Virus record (IMG/VR): IMGVR_UViG_3300011423_000006
Location: 32,001-96,000 of that record
Direction: 5' to 3' (one strand)
Source of the DNA: a virus
Taxonomy: Duplodnaviria > Caudoviricetes
DNA: 64,000 nucleotides
Shown here: piece by piece, positions 17,628 through 27,814 of the stretch
How the letters are laid out: each line of letters opens with the position of its first letter
How positions within the stretch are numbered: the stretch's first letter is position 1
Made by a program: the position numbers and the translations under genes
The notes under the pieces: generated by a model
What the model saw: the letters and a program-made list of their open reading frames with translations, nothing else
What the model was told of the DNA's origin: nothing
Database searches by the model: none

Positions 17628-19768
17628 ATGATTAGTCAAGAAGCGGAGAGGGAAGTAACAACAGACTATTTAACAGAAATCTCAAACTACATTTTCACCA
17701 ACAAATACGCACGATACAACGAAGACGCAGAACGACGAGAAACATGGACTGAGACGGTTGCTAGATTAGAAGCGATGCATTTAAAAAGGTTCAGGCAACT
17801 TCCTAAGGAAGATTTGAGAAAAATTGCTTGGGCCTTTGATATGGTGCGGGAAAAGAATGTTGTTCCGTCCATGCGCTCTTTGCAATTCGGTGGGAAAGCC
17901 ATTGAGTCTCATAATGCTAGGATTTTTAATTGCGCGGTGCGTCATATTGATTCTCTTAGATCGTTTGCAGAAGTTTTCTATTTACTGTTGTGCGGTTGCG
18001 GAGTGGGTTTTGGGCTTTCGCGTTTTTTCTTAAATCGTTTGCCGAATTTAGTTACCGCCGAAGATAAAACCGGCACAATTATTACTTATGTTGTTGAAGA
18101 TACAATCGAAGGATGGGCGGATTCAGTAGAGGCCCTTCTTAATTGTTACTTTAAAAATACCCCTTATACTGGACGGAAAATTGTTTTTGATTATTCTCGT
18201 ATTCGCAAAAAAGGGGCTCCGTTAAAAACAGGCGGCGGCAAAGCTCCCGGCTACAAAGGGTTAAAAGCTTGTCATTCCAAGATTAAGAATCACTTGGATC
18301 ATATCATTGAATATCATAATTTAAATAGGTTACGTTCGGTAGATGCTTATGATATTTTAATGCATACGGCGGACGCTGTTCTTTCAGGCGGCATTCGACG
18401 TTCAGCGACTTCCGTAATTTTTGATAAAGACGACGAAGACATGTTGAATGCAAAAACTGTTTTCAAAGTAGATCGTACGTTTGCCTTCCATCCAGCCGGT
18501 GAAAAAACTATCGGAGGGAAATTGAAAAAATATTTTGAAGGCAAGGTTCTTTTTGAAGGAATTAAATATGAAATTACCATTGAAGATTGGGAATTAGAGA
18601 ACTTAAAAAAGGATGGAACCGTAGGTTGGAATCCCCTGTTTCCTCATCGCGCCCGATCAAATAATAGCGTGCTATTGCTTAGAAATGAAACTTCTGCGGA
18701 GGAATTTGCTAGGGTTGTAGAACGTACGAAAATGTGGGGGGAACCGGGTTTTGTTTTTGGCAATCATCCTTGGCAATTATTTAACCCTTGCTTTGAAATT
18801 GGCTTTATTCCGGTAACGAAAGACGGCGTATGCGGAGTACAATTTTGTAATTTAACATCGCAAAATGGGCGTAAGATAACCAGCCGGGAAAAGTTCAAAG
18901 AATCTGTGGAAGCCGCAACAATTATCGGAACTTGCCAAGCCGCTTATACTCACTTCCCTTATTTATCACTGACCGCCGAAACCCTCACGAAAGAAGAATC
19001 GCTATTAGGGGTATCAATTACGGGTATTATGGACAATCCCGATATTCTTTTAGACCCTGTTCTTCAAGCAGAAATGGCGGAATTTGCGAAACAAATTAAT
19101 CTAGATTGGGCAATTAAATTAGGCATTAATCCGGCGTCTCGTATTACTTGTGTGAAGCCCGAAGGGACAAGCTCATTATTTTTGGGAACGGCTTCGGGAA
19201 TTCACCCCCATCATTCACGCCGGTATTTTCGCAGAGTCCAAAATAATACAATGGATAATGTATATAAGTTCTTTAAGAAGCATAATCCTCATATGTGCGA
19301 ACCTTCTGTTTGGAGCGCTAATCAAACAGACGATATTATTGCCTTTCCTATTGTCGCCCGGAAAACGCATTAATAAAATCTGATTTAACAGCCTTAGAGC
19401 ATTTGGAATATATTAAATCAACTCAACAAAATTGGGTATTAAAAGGGGCGCGGGAAAATACTAAACCAGTTGATCATAATGTAAGTTGCACAGTTATAGT
19501 GCAATTAGATGAATGGGAAAAAGTTATTGAATTTCTTTACTTGAATCGAGATTTTTTCGCGGCGGTATCGTTGTTACCGGCAAGTGGCGATAAAGATTAT
19601 CCGCAAGCCCCGATGGAAAATGTTGTAACTGAAGAAGACGAACAACATTGGACGGATACCATTCAAAACTTCCAGCATGTTGATTATAAAAAACTTAAAG
19701 AAGATGATGACAATACATCGGCAACTCAAGAAGTGGCGTGCGGCGGGGGTGCGTGTAATATCTTTTAA
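17628..19768 (+). CDS. nrdJ: class II (B12-dependent) ribonucleotide reductase, split by a single frameshift at ~19357
   Basis: PSMR.LQ, FNC, LLLCGCGVG, GGIRRSA, NPCFEI, FCNL and TCVKPEGT.S in the first ORF; HNVSCT, SLLP, YPQAP and C-terminal CGGGAC in the -1 frame. Confidence 0.92.
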
Positions 19769-19771
19769 TTT

Positions 19772-20155
19772 TTGGTAAATAAATATAAACAATCCAGACA
19801 TAAACACCCACATTGGAAAGGTTACGGAAAAATAAGCGGTAGTTTTTTCTCTAATATCAAGAGAAAGGCTAAAAGCCGGGGCATTAAGTTTAATATTTCA
19901 ATTAAATATATTTGGGGGTTGTATGAAAGACAGGAGGGGAAATGCGCCCTTTCTGGTCTTTCCTTGTCTTTGCCCAAAAATTCAAGAAGCGATAGAAATC
20001 ATACGGCAAGTTTAGACCGTATTAATAGCAAAAAAGGTTATATCAAAGGAAATGTTCAATGGCTTTTTAAAGATATCAACCTAATTAAGTGGCATTTCCC
20101 TCAAAAACATTTTCTTTTTCTGTGTAATAAGATAACGAAGAACATGCGAAAATAA
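19772..20155 (+). CDS. HNH-like homing endonuclease
   Basis: CALSG...ASLDRINS.KGY..GNVQW....IN..K. Confidence 0.8.
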   Translation: MVNKYKQSRHKHPHWKGYGKISGSFFSNIKRKAKSRGIKFNISIKYIWGLYERQEGKCALSGLSLSLPKNSRSDRNHTASLDRINSKKGYIKGNVQWLFKDINLIKWHFPQKHFLFLCNKITKNMRK

Positions 20156-20244
20156 TACATGGTATTTCGAGGAAAAACGCATTTTTTCAAAGTTTATAAA
20201 TAATTCGGGTAAAACGGGTTAACTAAATGTGTAAAATATTATAT

Positions 20245-20661
20245 ATGTCATTAACAACGGATTCTAACAAGTCTTTTTGGGATAAGCTCAACCCCAACGT
20301 AATTGTAACTCTTTGCGTCACTTTGATTACATGGATGGCTTTAGGATTTTTCTATGTAGGGACTTACAAAGCAGAAATGATGGAGTTTAAATCTGCCATT
20401 ATTAAAATGGAGTCTCAAAACATTAAAATTAACGAACAGCTTAATAGTATTAATTTAGTAGAACAACGAGGCTCTAATACGGATAAAGCCGTGAACGGGC
20501 TAGATGTTCGGGTGACGCGACTAGAAGAATTTGTTCCTACTATTAAAGTTTTAAGTGAACAAGTTGAATCCATGAAGGAAACACAAAAAGAAATGAGGAC
20601 TGACACTCGCGACCAACTGAAGGAACTAAAAGACTTAATACAAAAAGCTTTACAGAAATAA
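20245..20661 (+). CDS. single-TM coiled-coil protein (holin/XhlA-like candidate)
   Basis: one hydrophobic segment followed by a heptad-rich region; GTGTAA motif 16 nt upstream of ATG 20245. Confidence 0.55.
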   Translation: MSLTTDSNKSFWDKLNPNVIVTLCVTLITWMALGFFYVGTYKAEMMEFKSAIIKMESQNIKINEQLNSINLVEQRGSNTDKAVNGLDVRVTRLEEFVPTIKVLSEQVESMKETQKEMRTDTRDQLKELKDLIQKALQK

Positions 20662-20694
20662 ATTTAAATGTTATGATATTTTTTGTGGTGTGTT

Positions 20695-21192
20695 ATGTTA
20701 ACAAAAGCAGATTTAACATTTTTAGGTAAATATACAAAGTTATCTCAGAAAAAAATTAAACTATTGACCGAAGAACCGCAGGATTTGGCTTTAATTCTAG
20801 ATGTTCTAACTACGGCCAAAATTACCAAAGAAGAACTTCTCTCTCTCTCTTTCGAAGTTATTATCAAATATATAGTTTTTCGATTAAGCCATAATTTAAA
20901 TTATCCTATTACAGAGAAAATTTATGTCTGCGATATGATTAGCAGACATTTTCCCTATATCTCCCGAAGTAAAAAACTCAAACCCCTTCCCAAAGATTAT
21001 AATAAAGATTTCGCTGAATATACGTTTGTTTTACTTGGGTTATTCGATCATCGTTTAGACCAGAAGGAAAAATTTAAATATAGTCATCATTTGAAATATT
21101 TTAGAGATTGCACCGAGTCGGGGGTTTATACTCATTTGAAAGAATGGTTTCAAATTTGCACTCAAATTAAAACTCAAGAAATTTTTGTTTAA
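20695..21192 (+). CDS. hypothetical protein
   Basis: ORF from ATG 20695. Confidence 0.65.
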   Translation: MLTKADLTFLGKYTKLSQKKIKLLTEEPQDLALILDVLTTAKITKEELLSLSFEVIIKYIVFRLSHNLNYPITEKIYVCDMISRHFPYISRSKKLKPLPKDYNKDFAEYTFVLLGLFDHRLDQKEKFKYSHHLKYFRDCTESGVYTHLKEWFQICTQIKTQEIFV

Positions 21193-21204
21193 TTCATAAA
21201 AAAA

Positions 21205-21219
21205 AGTGTAATATATAGT
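21205..21219 (+). promoter_or_regulatory. putative phage late promoter AGTGTAATATATAGT
   Basis: identical 15-mer lies upstream of the fibre gene (minus strand, 62318-62304). Confidence 0.6.
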
Positions 21220-21352
21220 AACTAGAATTAGTTTGCGGTCGGAAGTATCAAAATTGATACCTAACAACAAAGTAGGTTTTAAATAACCGAAAATAACTCC
21301 TGCCAATCGATAGCGAACTTCCAATGACCTAAATATCCTGAATGGCAGGATT
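21220..21352 (+). ncRNA. small structured ncRNA candidate
   Basis: GGTC-GGAAGT...ACTTCC-AAT-GACC, GTATCAA/TTGATAC, ACCTA/TAGGT and CCTGCCA/TGGCAGG pairings; lies between a late-type promoter and the next sigma70 promoter (21359-21387). Confidence 0.5.
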
Positions 21353-21394
21353 TTCTTCTTGATTCTTTCTTTAAAATCAATTATTATATTAATA

Positions 21395-22294
21395 ATGGAT
21401 ATTCTTTTTCTTGTTTCCGGGGGTATTGGCGACCAAATTCTTGGCCTCCAATGCGCTATCGCAGTCAAAGAAAAGCATCCTGATTTAAATGTAGATGTTA
21501 TTTCTATTTCCCGAGACGATGTTTTCAAACCGTTGCATCATTTGTTCAGAGACGGTGGGATTTTATTATATCAACATCCCGAGCGAGAAAAATGGGGCGA
21601 AAATCATTGGATTTTACAGAACCAAAAAGAATTAAATGTTTTTCCTCATAAATTGAAATATTACATTGTGCCGGATTTGTTGCATCGTAATCCGCTGGCC
21701 TTCGATTTTCAGAAATTCGGGCAGCATATGAGTGTCATTCGGGAGAAACGCTGTTTGACTAAAAAATGGAAGCCGGGTAAAAAACGGATTTATATGGCGT
21801 TAAATACTTCTACGCCTGAATATAAGTATCCTGATATCAAGGGTTTAATTAGTAAAACCGCCGAATTACTTCCTGATTACGAAGTTTATTTTAATGATTT
21901 AACCGCATGGGCGGGGCATTCATTAGATAATAACGCCCAAGGTGATTACCCGCCGAATGTGGCTTACGTTCGGAATGAACCATTTATTAGTAGCCTAAAC
22001 AAGCTAATGGAGAGTGATTATGTAGTGTGTTTAGACAATGGGATTTCTCATATCGCCTATCAATTAGGAATTCCGAGAAGCTTAATCAGTCATCGGTTGG
22101 ATCATAAAGGGGTAATGTGGGTTGCTCGTTGGTATCCTCAGTTAGCCGATTGTATTACTTATGATTATGCGCCGAGATTACCAACAGTAATAAAACAAAA
22201 TTTAGAATGTCCGCAAACATTATTAATTCCTCGGTTGTATCACGCGATGTATCCGGGGTTTGATTGTGCGCGAACATTAGGTTTTAAATATTAA
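21395..22294 (+). CDS. GT9-like (heptosyltransferase-type) glycosyltransferase
   Basis: GGIGDQI N-terminal motif; C.DNGISHIAY.LGIP. Confidence 0.75.
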   Translation: MDILFLVSGGIGDQILGLQCAIAVKEKHPDLNVDVISISRDDVFKPLHHLFRDGGILLYQHPEREKWGENHWILQNQKELNVFPHKLKYYIVPDLLHRNPLAFDFQKFGQHMSVIREKRCLTKKWKPGKKRIYMALNTSTPEYKYPDIKGLISKTAELLPDYEVYFNDLTAWAGHSLDNNAQGDYPPNVAYVRNEPFISSLNKLMESDYVVCLDNGISHIAYQLGIPRSLISHRLDHKGVMWVARWYPQLADCITYDYAPRLPTVIKQNLECPQTLLIPRLYHAMYPGFDCARTLGFKY

Positions 22295-22297
22295 TTT

Positions 22298-22645
22298 ATG
22301 TTAATTAAAATTTCAGTAGAGCCGGGGGCGGCATTTGATATTTTGTCTATTTTAGAAATTAAAATAACAAATTGTGAGAATTTTCGGCAGCGAGACGCTT
22401 TACACGAACAGAAAGAAAGACTGCAAGCAGAAATAAATCAAACCATTGGATATGATTTCGCTCGTAAAATTTATTTTTCTGATTTTTATACTAATTTGTA
22501 TAATGCTAATTTGGCTGTTTTTGATCAGATTGATAAAGAAAAATCAAACGCCGATTTATTAAATTATGAAAGATTCGTCGCGAAAAAGAACTTACAGGAA
22601 GAATTCTTTCACGAAGAAATTGCGGAAGTAAAATTAGGATTTTAA
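22298..22645 (+). CDS. conserved hypothetical protein of glycosylation loci (DUF6165-like)
   Basis: I.V..G..FD.LSILEIK...N..RF..K. Confidence 0.6.
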   Translation: MLIKISVEPGAAFDILSILEIKITNCENFRQRDALHEQKERLQAEINQTIGYDFARKIYFSDFYTNLYNANLAVFDQIDKEKSNADLLNYERFVAKKNLQEEFFHEEIAEVKLGF

Positions 22646-22646
22646 A

Positions 22647-23909
22647 ATGCATTTAAAATATATTCAAAAATGCCGGGGGTGTGATAATACCCATTTAGCC
22701 CAAGTAATTAATCTGGGGCTCATGCACAATCAAGGTTCTTTTATTAAAAAAGGCGTTCCAGCCCCGCCCAAGCGGAAAACTCCTAATTTGATTATTCGAT
22801 GCGATGTTTCTAAAGACGAAAATGCTTGTGGGTTGGTTCAAACGGCTCATTCGGTGCCGCCTGCAATTCTTTATCGTAATTACTGGTATCAAAGTGGTAT
22901 TTCCGCTACGATGAAAAATCATTTAGCAAGTATTACAGAGTTGGGATTAAAAATTAAAACTCCCGGTGCCACCGAACCTTTGACAGTTTTAGATATTGCT
23001 TCAAATGATAATACCTTGTTAAACACCTATCCAAAATGTTTTGAGAAATTTGGAATTGATCCCTCTGATATTGCCGCTAAAGCCCCAAAGGATGAAAACA
23101 CTACAATTATTAATGATTTATTTCCTCAGGGGGCGATATCATTACCACATTTTAGCTTTGATATTATTACATCGATTGCATGTTATTATGATGTTGATGA
23201 TCCAGTAGAGTTTGCTCATAAGGTTAGCGATTTATTAACAGAAAATGGGATTTGGATTTTTGAAGTGGCTTATTGGAAAACGATGGTTGAAAAATTATCT
23301 TATGATTCTATTGTTAATGAACATGTTATTCATTATCATTTGGCTCCGCTGGAAACAATTTTAAAACGAGCAGATTTAAAAATAGGTTATGCTAAAAAAA
23401 CAAATACTAATGGTGGAAGTATTTTAGTTGTTGCTCATTGTGGTGATGCTAAAATTGATTTATCCATGATCGAAGGCAATGAATTAAATGATTTACGATT
23501 AGAAGAATTTGACGCTGAACTTGATGTTTTTAAGACATATATAAATTTTTCAGAGAGAGTCTTTAATCATAAAAATAATTTAAGAAAACTCATTACCGAA
23601 CTTCGTAATGATGGCAAGACGGTTCATTTATACGGGGCCTCGACCAAACTAAATACATTACTGGAATTTGCAGAAATTGGCCCTGATTTGATTCCTTTTG
23701 CGGCGGAACGAAGCCCGGAAAAATGGGGGGCGTCAACCTTATCAGGAATTTCAATTATTTCCGAGCAAGAATCACGCAAAATGAACCCTGATTATTACTT
23801 AGTGGGGCCATATCATTTTAAAGAAGAAATCTTGACTCGGGAAACCGAAACGATCAAGATGGGCACGAAGTTTATCTTTCCTTTGCCTGAGATTGAAATT
23901 ATTGGGTAA
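22647..23909 (+). CDS. NDP-sugar C-methyltransferase (zinc-binding, class I SAM)
   Basis: CRGC, Y.Y.SG....M..H, LDIASND, EH..HY, NGGSI and YGASTK motifs. Confidence 0.9.
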   Translation: MHLKYIQKCRGCDNTHLAQVINLGLMHNQGSFIKKGVPAPPKRKTPNLIIRCDVSKDENACGLVQTAHSVPPAILYRNYWYQSGISATMKNHLASITELGLKIKTPGATEPLTVLDIASNDNTLLNTYPKCFEKFGIDPSDIAAKAPKDENTTIINDLFPQGAISLPHFSFDIITSIACYYDVDDPVEFAHKVSDLLTENGIWIFEVAYWKTMVEKLSYDSIVNEHVIHYHLAPLETILKRADLKIGYAKKTNTNGGSILVVAHCGDAKIDLSMIEGNELNDLRLEEFDAELDVFKTYINFSERVFNHKNNLRKLITELRNDGKTVHLYGASTKLNTLLEFAEIGPDLIPFAAERSPEKWGASTLSGISIISEQESRKMNPDYYLVGPYHFKEEILTRETETIKMGTKFIFPLPEIEIIG

Positions 23910-24874
23910 TGAGAATTTTGTATATAGATTTTAGCGAGGGGTCAGAAGACCTATCTATTTATCCGAACCGTTATGGCGGGGCGCAAATTGTTCCGTCTTG
24001 GTGCCGAGAGCTAATGGGCGATTTTTGTTGCGTCGGCACTCAAGAATCTTTCGGAAGTCTCAGAAGCGAAGAAAAACAAAATCAATGCATAGTTATTGAT
24101 AAACAATTTTTAAGATGTATTAGAGAAGGACAGCCATTAGAATATCATCTTAGAGATAGAAATTTATATTATGATTTAGTTTTTCATAATGCGCCCGATG
24201 TTTTTGTTAATACCCATGCCAAACAAACTGTGTGGGCTCCGGGTTATGCTGAAAGAGTCCATCCTAATCATAAATGGGTTTTGTTACATAGTCCCGGCTA
24301 CCAAAGAACTCAATATCAGAACGCGACAATGATCCCGGTGCAAATCGGGAAACCGGTGCCCGATTTTCAAATTTATAAAAAAGAAGATTTTGTTTTTCAA
24401 TGCACTAATCATGCACCATGTTTTCAGTCTATAGAATTAGTTACAATTTGTAACAAAAATAGAATTAGGTGTTATTTGGGCGGACCTATCTCAGAAGGCT
24501 ACCCGCTTCTTGACTTTATCGATAATGAAAATTCATTTTACCTTGGCGTAATGTCCTACAAGGATAAAATCGAAATGTCAAAACGAGCTAGAATACATAC
24601 TTTGCTACATAATATTCCAATTAATTTTACTTTATCCGGGTTGGAGGCTTTAGCTTATGGGTGTGGATTAATTACAACCCCTCTAGGTTTTTGGCCCTCT
24701 TTTATTAATGATAAAATTGGCCGAATGGTTAGGTCTGAGGGTGAATTTTTAAAAGCTTTTCACGATACAAAATATATTGACCAAAAAGATTGTTGGAATA
24801 AAGCCAAAGAATACGATAATATTAAAATGGTTGAATCATTTAAAAAGGCGTTCGAAATAATATTACAAAGCTAA
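23909..24874 (+). CDS. GT-B glycosyltransferase
   Basis: YGG; F.LSGLEALAYG. Confidence 0.75.
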   Translation: MRILYIDFSEGSEDLSIYPNRYGGAQIVPSWCRELMGDFCCVGTQESFGSLRSEEKQNQCIVIDKQFLRCIREGQPLEYHLRDRNLYYDLVFHNAPDVFVNTHAKQTVWAPGYAERVHPNHKWVLLHSPGYQRTQYQNATMIPVQIGKPVPDFQIYKKEDFVFQCTNHAPCFQSIELVTICNKNRIRCYLGGPISEGYPLLDFIDNENSFYLGVMSYKDKIEMSKRARIHTLLHNIPINFTLSGLEALAYGCGLITTPLGFWPSFINDKIGRMVRSEGEFLKAFHDTKYIDQKDCWNKAKEYDNIKMVESFKKAFEIILQS

Positions 24875-25587
24875 TGAAAAAATATCTTGCTATTTATCGA
24901 GCGTGCGGGTCAGAAACGGAAAGTATCAAACCGTTTCGTCCGGGGTGGTTTAATAAATTAAGTTGTTGGAATAATTTTTTCGCTATTTTTAAAGAATGGT
25001 TTGATATTGCTGTCATTTGGGATGGGGACAAAGATAATCAACTTTACAGCGAAATAGCTAAAGCTAGTTTACGGGGTGAAATTTCTTTAAGAAGAATCAA
25101 CTATAAAAACAACCAACAATCTTTGCTAGAGTGTTATAAATTAGCTGACGAACTAAGTAATGAATATAAGGGATTCTACTTTATCGAGGACGACTATTTA
25201 CATAAATTTAATGCGGCTAAAGTTTTAATCGAGGGTTTGGCAAGGTTTAATTTTGTGACTCTTTATGATCATATGGATCGTTATCTTTATCCTCAAAATG
25301 ATACTACGTTCGGGCAAGAATATCTTTCTTTAACGAATAGCAGCCATTGGCGCACCGTAGAATCTACAACGTGTTCGGTAGCAATGATTTCTCCAATATT
25401 TAAAATTGTTAAATCTTTATTAATTGAATATTGCAATAAAGGTATAGGCGCACCTGAAGATAGATCGTTTTATCGATTTTTAGTTACAAATGGTCTTCGT
25501 TTATTTTCTCCAATACCGGGGTATTCTACTCATTGTGTTCAAGGATTATTATCTCCCTTGGTAGATTGGGAAAGCCTTGCTAATTAA
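24874..25587 (+). CDS. GT-A (GT2-like) glycosyltransferase
   Basis: YFIEDDYLH, LYDH.DRY, HWRT..STT and SPIPGYSTH motifs. Confidence 0.8.
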   Translation: MKKYLAIYRACGSETESIKPFRPGWFNKLSCWNNFFAIFKEWFDIAVIWDGDKDNQLYSEIAKASLRGEISLRRINYKNNQQSLLECYKLADELSNEYKGFYFIEDDYLHKFNAAKVLIEGLARFNFVTLYDHMDRYLYPQNDTTFGQEYLSLTNSSHWRTVESTTCSVAMISPIFKIVKSLLIEYCNKGIGAPEDRSFYRFLVTNGLRLFSPIPGYSTHCVQGLLSPLVDWESLAN

Positions 25588-25610
25588 AGTGTAAAGTATC
25601 ATATAATTTT

Positions 25611-26210
25611 ATGAATTTTGATAAAGTTTTAAAAGCCCTTCTTGAAGGAACTCCTGTTATTATTACCGATAATCATGATCGAGAAAATGAGGGTGATGTA
25701 GTTATTGCCGCCGAAAAAGCATCTAATAAAAATATTAATTTTTTTATTCAAGAGGCTCATGGGTTAATGTGTGTTCCCGCGCATGGTCAAATCTTAGATA
25801 ATTTGAAAATTCCTATGATGGTTCAGGATTCTACTGATAAATTTAGAACTCCTTTTACTGTTTCGGTGGATGCGGCTCATGGAATTGCTTCCGGTATGTC
25901 TGTATCCGACCGATTGAAAACTTTGGCGGTTATGACAAATTTCGGTAGTGACCCCGAAGATTTATCTCGTCCCGGCCATTTATTTCCGTTACGTGCCAAC
26001 GATAAACTTTTGTTAGGAAGACAGGGACATACCGAAAGCTCTATTGAATTAATGAGGCTCGCAGATTTAAAGGAAATTGCTGTGATTGCGGAAATTTTAA
26101 CCGTTGATGGAACAATGGCACGCGGGCAGGAATTAACTGATTTTGCTATGTCGCATAATTTACCAACAATTACTGTTGATGAAATTTATAAATTGGTTTA
26201 TCTTAAATAA
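25611..26210 (+). CDS. ribB: 3,4-dihydroxy-2-butanone-4-phosphate synthase
   Basis: D..DRENEGD, FTVSVD, RPGHLFPL and R.GHTE motifs. Confidence 0.95.
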   Translation: MNFDKVLKALLEGTPVIITDNHDRENEGDVVIAAEKASNKNINFFIQEAHGLMCVPAHGQILDNLKIPMMVQDSTDKFRTPFTVSVDAAHGIASGMSVSDRLKTLAVMTNFGSDPEDLSRPGHLFPLRANDKLLLGRQGHTESSIELMRLADLKEIAVIAEILTVDGTMARGQELTDFAMSHNLPTITVDEIYKLVYLK

Positions 26211-26212
26211 GA

Positions 26213-27121
26213 GTGAATACAAGAGCTTATAATAGAATTGAAGTTGATTATAATAAAGGCATTGTAACCAAAACCAGTTCGACTTCTCGTTTAAAAGACG
26301 AAATAAACTATTATATAGTATTACCCGATAAATTAAAAATCTATTTTCCTAGATTAGTTGGATATCAAGATAATATTGCCCCTTATCAATTACAAATAGA
26401 ATATCTGGATGTTTTAGACCTTGGAAAAAATAATGCCTTGTTTCCCGCGCTTTTTGAAAAAATTCTTTTTATTCTTCGCGATTTTCAGAAATATGAATGT
26501 CCTTTATTGACATACCCCGCAAATGAATATCGCGAGGATATGTTCGTAAAAAAAACCGAAACAGAATATACTAATTTACTTCAAAATAAATTTTTTGCCG
26601 ATATCTCTAAAATAGAAGATTTAAAAATTAATGGCAAGCATTATAAAAATTTTTTACAAATCTGGGATAATGTTAAAACTTTAATTCGACAAAGATTGAT
26701 TAATAACAATCCATTCACAGTGATACATGGGGATTTTTGTTTTTCAAATTTGCTATGGTCAAATCACGGAATTTTACGATTGATTGACCCCCGAGGAAGC
26801 TTTGGAATGAGGGGTGCGTGGGGCGACTCTGTTTATGATATTGCAAAACTCCGTCATTCTTTAATTGGGGGGTATGAATTATTAATTAATGATCGGTTTT
26901 GGGTCGCGAGAGGCGATTCTTTAGATTACGCTCAACAATTTGAATATAAAGATGATGTATTAGGAATATTTACTGATTGTTTCGGAGCGGATTTAAATTA
27001 TAAATTAGTGGAGGGATTAATTTTCATGGGCATGATTGCGCGGCATTATGATAGTTTTGACCGGCAAAAAGCGATGTATGCCATTGGAATTAAATATTTA
27101 AATGAAGTTTTATGCGAATAG
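26213..27121 (+). CDS. APH/choline-kinase-like sugar phosphotransferase (capsule-locus type)
   Basis: HGDFCFSN, LIDPRG.FG and YDIAKL.HS motifs. Confidence 0.8.
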   Translation: MNTRAYNRIEVDYNKGIVTKTSSTSRLKDEINYYIVLPDKLKIYFPRLVGYQDNIAPYQLQIEYLDVLDLGKNNALFPALFEKILFILRDFQKYECPLLTYPANEYREDMFVKKTETEYTNLLQNKFFADISKIEDLKINGKHYKNFLQIWDNVKTLIRQRLINNNPFTVIHGDFCFSNLLWSNHGILRLIDPRGSFGMRGAWGDSVYDIAKLRHSLIGGYELLINDRFWVARGDSLDYAQQFEYKDDVLGIFTDCFGADLNYKLVEGLIFMGMIARHYDSFDRQKAMYAIGIKYLNEVLCE

Positions 27122-27813
27122 CTCTTTGTTTTTCCGCGCATTTAAGACAATACGAACGTTATTTTCCTAATATTAAGGAAAAATTTCTTCAGCTTTCAAC
27201 GGGCGGGCAGATTGATGTTTTTATTCATACGTGGCGTAAAAGAGGCCCAACTCATTCTTGGCATGTAAGTCATAACGGAACCGAGGGAATGGATTTAATG
27301 GATATAGATATAGAGCATGTCAAACAATTATATAATCCGACTATAATAGCTGTAGAAAATTACGAAGATATCAAACCCATTCTTTTATTGAAAAATTTTA
27401 CTGACAAAACCCCCGGCAACGAGCATATTTATAAAGAAGGGATTTGCACCACTACCCCCGCATTTTATAAAATTTGGCGATGTAATGAACTAAAAAAGGA
27501 ATACGAGCAAACTCACAATTTTGTTTACGATATGGTGATTCGTTTGCGCCCCGATATGAATTATTCATATCGAACAATGACTTTAGACATACGTAATCAT
27601 GTACATGTTCCTCATATCATGGAAGACCAATGTTATGATCATTTAGCTATTTCTAATTCAAAATTCATGGATCAATATTCCTCTTGCTTTTTGAATTTAC
27701 ATAAAATTTACCAGCAAGATTTTGATTTGGGCGGCGAGAAAACATTATATCGTCATTTACAATTACAAGGTTTGTCTTTTACGTCTATTCCTCATTGTTC
27801 AATCACTAAATAA
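27112..27813 (+). CDS. putative glycosyltransferase
   Basis: RIALCFS..LR, DVFIHTW and YD.VIRLRPD motifs. Confidence 0.7.
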   Translation: MRIALCFSAHLRQYERYFPNIKEKFLQLSTGGQIDVFIHTWRKRGPTHSWHVSHNGTEGMDLMDIDIEHVKQLYNPTIIAVENYEDIKPILLLKNFTDKTPGNEHIYKEGICTTTPAFYKIWRCNELKKEYEQTHNFVYDMVIRLRPDMNYSYRTMTLDIRNHVHVPHIMEDQCYDHLAISNSKFMDQYSSCFLNLHKIYQQDFDLGGEKTLYRHLQLQGLSFTSIPHCSITK

Positions 27814-27814
27814 A

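Noticed and set aside
21293-21310. twister ribozyme-like TAACTCCTGCCAAT
   Set aside because: The remaining conserved twister elements are not recognisable.
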